Shown piece after piece: positions 48,623 to 54,749 of a DNA stretch of 54,749 nt. The first letter of the stretch is position 1; each line of letters begins with the position of its first letter. The position numbers and the translations under genes are program-made. Source of the stretch: Dehalococcoidia bacterium (GTDB lineage: Bacteria > Chloroflexota > Dehalococcoidia > Lucifugimonadales > JAGWBF01); assembly GCA_021296025.1 (NCBI GenBank), contig JAGWBF010000003.1, positions 1 through 54,749 on the forward strand, written 5' to 3'. Under the pieces are notes generated by a model, which saw nothing but the letters and a program-made list of their open reading frames with translations, did no database searches and was not told where the DNA came from.

Positions 48623-49039
48623 ATGGCGAAGGAACTGGACCAGGACAAGGCGATGGAAGGCACCATCCGCTTCTCGGAAAAGTACGTCGAGAAGAGCGGG
48701 TACAAGTTCTTTCCCGACCAGGAGGTGGTGCGCCTAGTACAGGAGGGCCTGGCCCGCAACCAAGTGGAGTACGGCTACCGCTACTGCCCTTGAATGCCCC
48801 TCAGCGGCGATCCCGTCGAGGACCGCAAAAAGATTTGCCCCTGCGACCGGCACCATGAGGATATAGAGAGGGACGGGTTCTGTATCTGAATGTTCTTTGT
48901 CAGCGAAGAGTTTCTTCGCCAACAGGAACAGGGTAGTGAGATCGAACAGACCATTGGCGATGCAGTCCAGCCCGGCGAGGGCCTGTTTGACCAACCATAT
49001 AAATCGAAGGCAGACCAGAAGGGGAGTCAGAGTACTTAG
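48623..49039 (+). CDS. Ferredoxin:thioredoxin reductase catalytic-subunit (FTR-beta) homolog with two in-frame TGA codons (48791-48793, 48887-48889); candidate double-selenocysteine protein (U57, U89)
   Basis: GGGGGAGG RBS 6 nt before ATG 48623. Read-through translation: MAKELDQDKAMEGTIRFSEKYVEKSGYKFFPDQEVVRLVQEGLARNQVEYGYRYCP-U-MPLSGDPVEDRKKICPCDRHHEDIERDGFCI-U-MFFVSEEFLRQQ...ST*. It aligns with cyanobacterial FtrC (...YAKRTDTYFCSD..VVIEGLARHKEELGSPLCPCRHY...WNCPCVPMRERKECHCMLFL). The CPC/CPC/CHC pattern becomes CPU/CPC/CIU. All three pieces are in one frame. Confidence 0.7.
48799..48821 (+). promoter_or_regulatory. SECIS-like hairpin after the first UGA of the FTR-like gene
   Basis: CCUC-A-GCGG-[CGAUC]-CCGU-C-GAGG: two 4-bp helices around an A/C mismatch, beginning 5 nt after the UGA. 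This is the weakest of the four hairpins. Confidence 0.3.
48903..48919 (+). promoter_or_regulatory. SECIS-like hairpin after the second UGA of the FTR-like gene
   Basis: GCGAAG-AGUUU-CUUCGC: a perfect 6-bp stem (7 bp with the A-U closing pair, leaving a GUU loop), beginning 13 nt after the UGA. Confidence 0.45.
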
Positions 49040-49054
49040 AGGAGCTGAGAAGCT

Positions 49055-49291
49055 GTGAGCATAACCGTTTACACATCCGTTGGTTGAGGCCCCTGCCACA
49101 TGGTGAAAGTGTACCTTTCACAAAAGGGGTTGGAGTTTACCGAACGGAACGTTTCACTGGACGAAAACGCAAGGGATGACCTGCTATCCCTGGGATATCG
49201 CAGCACACCCGTGACTGTGATAGACGACCAGAAGGTCGTCGGGTACAGCCCTCCCAAGCTGGAAGAAGCCCTGCAAGCGGCCGGGATCTAG
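49055..49291 (+). CDS. Glutaredoxin/NrdH-like small redoxin with an in-frame TGA at 49085-49087; candidate selenoprotein with a U-G-P-C active site
   Basis: GAGGAG RBS 10 nt before GTG 49055. Translation: MSITVYTSVG-U-GPCHMVKVYLSQKGLEFTERNVSLDENARDDLLSLGYRSTPVTVIDDQKVVGYSPPKLEEALQAAGI. The track ORF (49100..49291) starts after the active site and lacks beta-1 and the CxxC loop. Reading through the TGA restores a complete Grx fold with the Sec at the first CxxC position. Confidence 0.7.
49103..49121 (+). promoter_or_regulatory. SECIS-like hairpin after the UGA of the redoxin gene
   Basis: GUGAAAG-[UGUAC]-CUUUCAC: a perfect 7-bp stem with GU in the loop, beginning 15 nt after the UGA. Confidence 0.45.
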
Positions 49292-49328
49292 ACGCAGGTA
49301 ACCTTGTCCCATAGGGCCAATGCAAGTT

Positions 49329-49352
49329 GCTCCTCCGCTTATACAGAGGAGC
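49329..49352. terminator. Candidate bidirectional hairpin between convergent genes
   Basis: GCUCCUC-(10 nt)-GAGGAGC in the 107-nt gap between the redoxin gene (+) and the carbamoyltransferase-like gene (-). There is no clear U-tract. Confidence 0.25.
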
Positions 49353-49398
49353 GGGCCTAGCGGGCGTGCCTCAGGAAACTGGATGCAAGTAGGCGGGC

Positions 49399-50301
49399 TT
49401 ACTTGCCCAGCAGCTTCATCAAGAGGGCCATCCTGACGTACAAGCCGTTCTCTGCCTGACGATAGCCGGCCCATCGAGGATCGCTGGTCTCCTCGATGAT
49501 CAGATCGCTGCGCTGCATTGGGTCGAGGATGACGCATCCCGGCTTCAGGGCCGCCAGCAGGTCTCTATCGACCTTGGCTTCCACAATGTTCCGGCTCCTC
49601 ACCAACTCCGCGTGGCCCGGCGTGCCAGCCCCGTTAACGTACACCGCATCCAGTGACCCGGCCAGCTCTGCCAGTGACGTACCCTGGGTGAAGGAGATTC
49701 CGGCACTGGTGCAGTAATCTATCGTGTCCTGATCGGCCTGTCCGGTTACGGGCACCAAGTGCACGCTGACGTTGTCGTACATTGCCAGGGCCGTCAGCAG
49801 GGCGTTTACGTTTCGATGATCTAGCCGGCCCAGGAAAGAGATGTTAAGCCCATCTATGCCGCCCAGCTCCCGATTGAGGGTGTACAGGTCCAGGAGCGCC
49901 TGGGTCGGGTGGTCTTCGGGGCTTCCTCCGTTGATGACCGCCAGCCCCCCGGCCTCGGCGGCTTGCTCCGCAGCCCCGGGCTGCTGCGACCTTAATACAA
50001 CAACATCGAAATGCAGGCTTTCCAAGAACCTCATGGTGTTCTCAATGAAGGTGGTTGTCCTGACCGGGAAGAACTGGGATGCATCTTCTGTGTGCTGAGC
50101 ATCGCCCCCGAGGAGGGCCATCGCCCGCTCGAAGGACGCCCGGGTGAGGAAGCTGGGTTCGTAGAACAGGCAGTATAGTGACCGGCCTTGCAGGGCCTGT
50201 TCCACAGGAGCGCCATCTCGAATTCGATCGCACAAAGGAAATAGCTCGCCTTCAATCCATTGGCGCTCCAGGTCCCTGGTCCGTATTAGGTGATTCGACA
50301 C
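49399..50301 (-). CDS. Aspartate/ornithine carbamoyltransferase-family protein with non-canonical active-site motifs
   Basis: 300 aa with the ATCase/OTCase fold. HPTQALLD is retained, but the carbamoyl-phosphate motif S-T-R-T-R reads S-F-L-T-R (YEPSFLTRASFE). The C-terminal H-P-x-P reads L-D-P-M. Confidence 0.7.
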   Translation of the reverse strand: MSNHLIRTRDLERQWIEGELFPLCDRIRDGAPVEQALQGRSLYCLFYEPSFLTRASFERAMALLGGDAQHTEDASQFFPVRTTTFIENTMRFLESLHFDVVVLRSQQPGAAEQAAEAGGLAVINGGSPEDHPTQALLDLYTLNRELGGIDGLNISFLGRLDHRNVNALLTALAMYDNVSVHLVPVTGQADQDTIDYCTSAGISFTQGTSLAELAGSLDAVYVNGAGTPGHAELVRSRNIVEAKVDRDLLAALKPGCVILDPMQRSDLIIEETSDPRWAGYRQAENGLYVRMALLMKLLGK

Positions 50302-50494
50302 AACAAGTCCTCGGTGTAGCTTTGGGTCATTCCGGTCATCGGAAAGGTGCCTTCCTGGAAAAAACTCTTATGTTATATTGCAGGCACCAGTGAGAATGTA
50401 ACCGGGCCATGTTACACTATAGCCCGCTTTATCGCCAAGCTGGGTCAAAGCTACGCCAGGGTGGTCCCGGCACTCTTTCGAAGGAGCGGCAGGT

Positions 50495-51529
50495 TTGGAC
50501 AACATACTGGTCACCGGTGGTGCAGGATTCCTTGGGATGACCCTTGTGAAGAGCCTGGTGGGCTTCGGGGTGCGCCCGCGGGTGCTCGATATCAACCGTC
50601 CCGGGGACCCTGAGCTGGAGTCCAAAATGGAGTTCATCCGGGGGGACATCCGCAATCCCGACACCGTCCACCGGGTTGTTCGGGGGATGGATATAGTGTT
50701 TCATCTGGCCGCCGCCGTGCTGCCCACCAGAGGGAAGCGGGCGTACACATCCACCAACACCGAGGGCACGAGGAACCTGCTCCAAGCCTCCCTCGACCAT
50801 AACGTGAGACAGGTTGTCCACGTATCCACCAGCGCCATTTACGGAATACCCCAGGAGCTGCCGGTCACCGAGGAGTCCGAGCTTCGTCCCATGGGTTACT
50901 ATGGGAACGCCAAGTACCAGGGCGAGCTGCTGGTAAAGAGGTACCGCAACAGGGGCCTCAGGGTGTGTGTCCTGAGGCCACGGACCATCATCGGCACCGA
51001 ACGCCTGGGGATATTCCACATCCTCTTCGACTGGATCAAAGAAGGCAAAAAGGTCCCGATAATCGGCAAAGGGGACAACCTGTTCCAGTTTGTGAGCGCC
51101 CGCGACTGTGTGACAGCCTGCTACAAGGCAGTAGATGCCCGCAGCAATGACGACTTCAACCTAGGCGCGGAGGAGTTTTCCACGGTAAAGGCGGACCTCG
51201 AGGGCCTAACCGCCTATGCCGGCACAGGGTCCCGCGTTGCCCCAATACCTGCGCCACTGGTATAGGCCCCTCTCCAGTTTCTGGATACCCTCAGGCTTTC
51301 ACCACTCATGGACTGGCAGTACAAGGTGGCCGACAAGCCCTTCTACTTTGATATCACCAAGGCCAAGACGGACCTAGGCTGGCAGCCCAAGGACAGCAAC
51401 CTCAGCATGTTCATCGACTCCTACGACTGGTACACCAACTACTACGTCGATTCTGCCGAAGCCTATGGGTCTACTCACCGCAAGGCCGTGCGTCAGCGAT
51501 TTCTCCGTCTCCTCAAGGCTGTATTCTAA
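50495..51529 (+). pseudogene. NAD-dependent epimerase/dehydratase interrupted by a single in-frame TAG (51263-51265)
   Basis: ORF 50495..51265 (TTG start, AAGGAG RBS, ILVTGGAGFLG) and ORF 51308..51529 are in the same frame. Read-through gives ...VAPIPAPLV-*-APLQFLDTLRLSPLMDWQYKVADKPFYFDITKAKTDLGWQP..., which is the normal C-terminal region of this family. Confidence 0.6.
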
Positions 51530-51543
51530 GACCCGAGTGCCCC

Positions 51544-52209
51544 ATGAGAGTTGACCTGCACCTCCACACCATGTATTCCGGCGACTGCGCCACGCACCCA
51601 AAAATTGTTGTGGAGAGGTGCAAAGCGGCGGGACTGGGCTGCATAGCCGTCACGGACCACAACAGCATCCGCGGCGCCCTCCACGTCCGAGAGCTGGCCG
51701 ACTTCCCAGTGATCGTGGGAGAAGAGGTAATGTCCAACAGCGGGGAGATCATCGGCCTGTTCCTCGAAGAAGAAATTCCAAGGGGCCTCTCTCCCGAAGA
51801 AACAGTCAAGCGTATCAAGGCCCAAGGAGGCCTGGTGCATATCCCCCACCCCTTCGACCGCATCCGGCGTGGCCCCCTGAGCGCGGCTGCCCTAAAACAA
51901 GTGCTTCCCCAGGCTGACCTTCTCGAGGTGTTGAACTCTCGCACCCTCCTGCCCGGTGACCTAATGAGATGCACCGCCCTTTCCCAACGGAGCAACGCCA
52001 TCCCCATCGCCGTGAGCGATTCCCACACCCCGGGGGAGTTCGGCGCCTCTTACATGGACATCGATCCATTCGATCTCTCCCCGTCGTCCCTGCTTGAGGC
52101 GCTAAAGCAAGGTCAGGTCGTAGGCCGGCGTTCTTCACCCCTGGTGCACCTCACTACTGCTTATGTCAAGCTGTCCAAGAAGTTTGCTTCGTCGAAGGCT
52201 CAGCGGTGA
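51544..52209 (+). CDS. PHP-domain metal-dependent phosphoesterase
   Basis: MRVDLHLHTMYSGDC...IAVTDHNSIRG...HIPHPFD. Confidence 0.85.
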   Translation: MRVDLHLHTMYSGDCATHPKIVVERCKAAGLGCIAVTDHNSIRGALHVRELADFPVIVGEEVMSNSGEIIGLFLEEEIPRGLSPEETVKRIKAQGGLVHIPHPFDRIRRGPLSAAALKQVLPQADLLEVLNSRTLLPGDLMRCTALSQRSNAIPIAVSDSHTPGEFGASYMDIDPFDLSPSSLLEALKQGQVVGRRSSPLVHLTTAYVKLSKKFASSKAQR

Positions 52210-52249
52210 CCCAGGGCCAGGACCCACAAAACCCTGAGAGAGCTAGACG

Positions 52250-52942
52250 ATGAATGGAAACCCCGGCGACACCCCGGACATCGACCTTCCCGGCTGGGCT
52301 TGTGGCAAGGGGAAGGCGGAGAGCCGTTCCGGCTACCTGCTGAAGCGCCCGTGGGATGTGGTGGTCGGCCTCATCGGAATGATGATCGCGATGCCTCTCT
52401 GGGTGGTCTTCGTCATCGCCATAAAGCTGGAAGACCGGGGTCCTTTCTTCTTCACCCAGGAGCGTTGGGGCAAAGACAAGACCAGGTTCCGGGTGTACAA
52501 GATACGCACGATGGTGCCCAATGCCGAGGAGGCCTTCGGAAACATCCAGGCCCGGGAGAATGACCCCAGGGTTACCCGAGTGGGCAGGTTTCTCAGGGCC
52601 ACCAGCCTGGACGAGTCCCCCCAGCTGATTAATATAGTCAGGGGCGACATGAGCTGGGTGGGGCCCAGGGCTTTGCCGATCAACGAAGTGCAGACCCAGG
52701 AGACCGAGGGGGACCTGCCTGACGAAGCCGTTGAGGGGTTCGAGACCCGCTCAAAACTCCGGCCAGGGCTGACGGGCATCGCCCAAGTGTACGCGCCGCG
52801 CGACATACCCAGGGAGCAGAAATACAGGTACGATGCGATCTATGCCTACAGCCAAAGCCTGATTACTGACATCAGGCTGATCCTGGCTTCCCTGTGGATA
52901 ACCTTCAGGGGTAAGTGGGAGTCCCGGGAGCGCAAGCTCTAA
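52250..52942 (+). CDS. Bacterial sugar transferase (polyprenyl-phosphate hexose-1-phosphate transferase, small PGT type)
   Basis: One TM helix, then FFTQERWGKDKTRFRVYKIRTM, DESPQLINIVRGDMSWVGPRA and RPGLTGIAQV. Confidence 0.88.
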   Translation: MNGNPGDTPDIDLPGWACGKGKAESRSGYLLKRPWDVVVGLIGMMIAMPLWVVFVIAIKLEDRGPFFFTQERWGKDKTRFRVYKIRTMVPNAEEAFGNIQARENDPRVTRVGRFLRATSLDESPQLINIVRGDMSWVGPRALPINEVQTQETEGDLPDEAVEGFETRSKLRPGLTGIAQVYAPRDIPREQKYRYDAIYAYSQSLITDIRLILASLWITFRGKWESRERKL

Positions 52943-52946
52943 AGAG

Positions 52947-53927
52947 CTAGGAGTGGTCTATATCCATGACCACTTTGACTATGTTGTCCTCCCGGTTCTC
53001 ATACATGCGGTAGGCCTCGTTTATGCTGCTCTCGTCGAACGCCTTCCGATGGGTGATCATCTGCGCCGGATCGATCCATCCCCGCTCTCGCAGCTCCACG
53101 ATCTCTCGAATCTGGCTTATAGGGTCTCCGCTACGGGCTCCCGTCGTGGGGATAATGGTTGGCTGATTATCCATCCAGGTCCGGGTGTCGACGGGAACGA
53201 TATCATCACCCTGGATGCCGAAGATGATCACGGTGCCAAACCGCCTGATCATGCGAAACACCATGTCCAAGGTATCGGGATAGCCGGCGGCTTCGACTGA
53301 CACATCAGGGCCTACCCCTCCAGTCAGCTCCTGCACCCTCTCCAGGAGGTCTTCCTTGGAGGGGTTGATCGTGTGTGTTGCTCCGAACTTTCGCGAGTAC
53401 TCCAGTCGGTAGTCCAGCAGGTCCACGGCTATCACCTGCCGGGCGCCCTGGCGAGCAGTCAGCATCGTGAAGGACAGGCCGATGGCGCCCTGCCCCATGA
53501 TCACCACGCTCTTGCCCATGATGTTGCCCATCCTCTTGCAGGCGTAGAACACGGTCCCAGTAGGCTGGCACATCACCCATTCAGACAGGGAGCCGTGGTC
53601 GGGCAGTCCCACCATGCGTCCGGGGTTTGACACCAGGTATTCGCTCAACCCACCCATCTCCAGGGTAGGGATGACAATAACCCGCTGGCCCTCACGGAAC
53701 TCATCGGTGCGGCTTTCAACCACTGTGCCTGCGCATTCATGGCAAGGCCTGCCCAGGGGCAAGGGGTACTCCTCCTCGGGCATCACGGGGCCGTATCCAT
53801 GCCGTATGTCGCTGCCACAAATGGAGACGCTATCCAGACGGACCAGACACTCGCCGTCCGCGGCCGTCGGAGTCTCGGAATCGAACACCATAAAGCGCTT
53901 GGGACCCACCAGCTGAGCAACCTTCAT
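52947..53927 (-). CDS. Zinc-dependent alcohol/polyol dehydrogenase (MDR family)
   Basis: 326 aa with SICGSDIRH, GRPCHECAG and the Rossmann motif VVIMGQGAIGL. Confidence 0.85.
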   Translation of the reverse strand: MKVAQLVGPKRFMVFDSETPTAADGECLVRLDSVSICGSDIRHGYGPVMPEEEYPLPLGRPCHECAGTVVESRTDEFREGQRVIVIPTLEMGGLSEYLVSNPGRMVGLPDHGSLSEWVMCQPTGTVFYACKRMGNIMGKSVVIMGQGAIGLSFTMLTARQGARQVIAVDLLDYRLEYSRKFGATHTINPSKEDLLERVQELTGGVGPDVSVEAAGYPDTLDMVFRMIRRFGTVIIFGIQGDDIVPVDTRTWMDNQPTIIPTTGARSGDPISQIREIVELRERGWIDPAQMITHRKAFDESSINEAYRMYENREDNIVKVVMDIDHS

Positions 53928-54109
53928 AACCTAACCCGGCCCCCTTCTAGCCAATCTATCGGCGGGGCCACCGCCCGCCTCAAATCGTAGCTAACAGTAC
54001 ATTACACGGGGGACAACGGCAAGCCCTGCCCAGTCGTTGACACCCCTATACCCCTGGCATACAATCCCGCTGCGATAAGGGCACCAAACCTTTCCCAAGG
54101 GGTGCGTCC

Positions 54110-54307
54110 ATGGACATTGACCGCAAGACCCTCCGAGATATGCTCCAACTCTACCAGGGGATCGAGATGTCCGATGAAGAGTTCGACCTGATAGAACCGG
54201 AGCTTCAAAGCTACTTCGATATAGTCGAAAAGATGAAAGAGTTGGACCTGTCGGACGTTCCGTCGGGACGTCTGCTCAGGGCCTCCGAAGGAGGAGGGAG
54301 CCAATGA
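54110..54307 (+). CDS. GatC-like small acidic subunit
   Basis: 65 aa. MSDEEFDLIEPELQSYFDIVEKMKELDLSDV resembles the GatC helical hairpin. ATGA overlap with the downstream amidase gene. Confidence 0.55.
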   Translation: MDIDRKTLRDMLQLYQGIEMSDEEFDLIEPELQSYFDIVEKMKELDLSDVPSGRLLRASEGGGSQ

Positions 54308-54749
54308 CCAATAACGAGCTCCTCGATACAACTATAAGTGACCTGGCACCCCTAATAAGGGACCGCAAGGTGTCGCCGGTAGAGGTGACCGAAGCCGCCC
54401 TCGCCCGGGCAGAGGATCTGCAGCCCAAGCTCAACTCCTTCATCACCATCCTGCACGACAGGGCCATGGATGAGGCCAGAGAGCAGGAGCGGGCCATAGC
54501 CGCAGGAAATTTTGTCGGTCCCCTCCAGGGCATCCCCATTGGAATAAAGGACAACATCGCCACGGCAGGCATACGCACCACCCTGGGCAGCAAGGTGCTC
54601 GCCGACCATGTACCTGATGAAGATGCCCACGTGGTTACCCTGTGCAGGCAGGCTGGGGCCATCCTCCTGGGCAAGGAAAACCTGGAGGAGTTCGCTGCAG
54701 GCGCAACCTCCAACAACCCTCACTACGGGGCGGTGCACAACCCCTGGAA
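54304..54749 (+). CDS. Amidase-signature enzyme (GatA/AtzE-like), 5' partial, runs off the window
   Basis: My own translation from ATG 54304: MTNNELLDTTISDLAPLIRDRKVSPVEVTEAAL...LQGIPIGIKDNIATAGIRTTLGSKVL...NNPHYGAVHNPW. It is open to the window end and absent from the ORF track because no stop is reached. Confidence 0.85.
   Translation, partial: MTNNELLDTTISDLAPLIRDRKVSPVEVTEAALARAEDLQPKLNSFITILHDRAMDEAREQERAIAAGNFVGPLQGIPIGIKDNIATAGIRTTLGSKVLADHVPDEDAHVVTLCRQAGAILLGKENLEEFAAGATSNNPHYGAVHNPW

Noticed and set aside
48791-49087. Global reassignment of UGA (to Trp or Gly) as the explanation for the in-frame TGAs.
   Set aside because: Many well-defined genes in the window terminate at TGA at the expected C-terminus (for example sdhA, lspA, nuoD and the first operon gene). 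All four internal TGAs align with conserved Cys positions and are followed by hairpins. This fits Sec rather than a genetic-code change.
48734-49099. 121-aa minus-strand ORF covering the FTR-like and redoxin region.
   Set aside because: The plus strand carries RBS-preceded frames with clear FTR and glutaredoxin homology once the TGAs are read through. The minus-strand product has no recognisable features.
51263-51265. Pyrrolysine as the explanation for the in-frame TAG in the epimerase.
   Set aside because: There are no pyl genes in the window, the gene family has no known Pyl members, and no obvious structured element follows the codon. A nonsense mutation or a sequencing error is far more likely.
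1-54749. Search for CRISPR arrays, IS elements, integrases, toxin-antitoxin pairs, phage or defence genes, and long direct or inverted repeats.
   Set aside because: Reading the intergenic regions by eye and going through the ORF products, I found nothing of this kind. Intergenic gaps are short and the window looks like core chromosome. Small repeats cannot be excluded without a computational self-comparison.

Overview
GC-rich (about 60% by eye), gene-dense bacterial chromosomal window with no rRNA, CRISPR array, transposase or phage genes that I could find. The gene content resembles a Chloroflexota-type (SAR202/Dehalococcoidia-like) heterotroph, but that is inference only.

Contents, left to right:
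- tRNA-Asn.
- A block of amide/heterocycle catabolism genes: LLM oxidoreductase, M20 amidohydrolase, hydantoinase, amidase, meta-cleavage-type hydrolase, RidA, quinone reductase. Three signal-less substrate-binding-protein homologs are interspersed.
- FIST and DUF255 proteins.
- icd-mdh and a class-III aminotransferase.
- A membrane-fused molybdoenzyme.
- A non-classical sdhA-sdhB-CCG succinate dehydrogenase.
- NUDIX hydrolase and nadK.
- An 11-subunit nuoABCDHIJK(L)MN operon without nuoEFG.
- gltX, rluD, lspA, ltaE and a Rieske ferredoxin.
- A queFDCE preQ0/preQ1 operon.
- Polysaccharide-type genes (epimerase, PHP, sugar transferase).
- A GatC-like/amidase pair at the right edge.

Main finding: four in-frame TGA codons fall exactly on conserved redox-cysteine positions, and each is followed by a hairpin with G-U in the loop (SECIS-like).
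- Three lie in one small operon (48178-49291). It encodes a ferredoxin:thioredoxin-reductase (FTR) catalytic-subunit homolog in which both cysteines of the redox-active disulfide are TGA, implying a diselenide/selenol active site. It is followed by a glutaredoxin/NrdH-like protein with a U-G-P-C motif and preceded by an uncharacterised Cys-containing protein.
- The fourth lies in a cytoplasmic BtuF-like binding protein (C-E-E-U, 3600-4517).

The six-frame ORF track breaks all of these genes into fragments. No Sec machinery (selA/B/C/D) lies in the window, so the selenoprotein interpretation is an inference that still needs testing.
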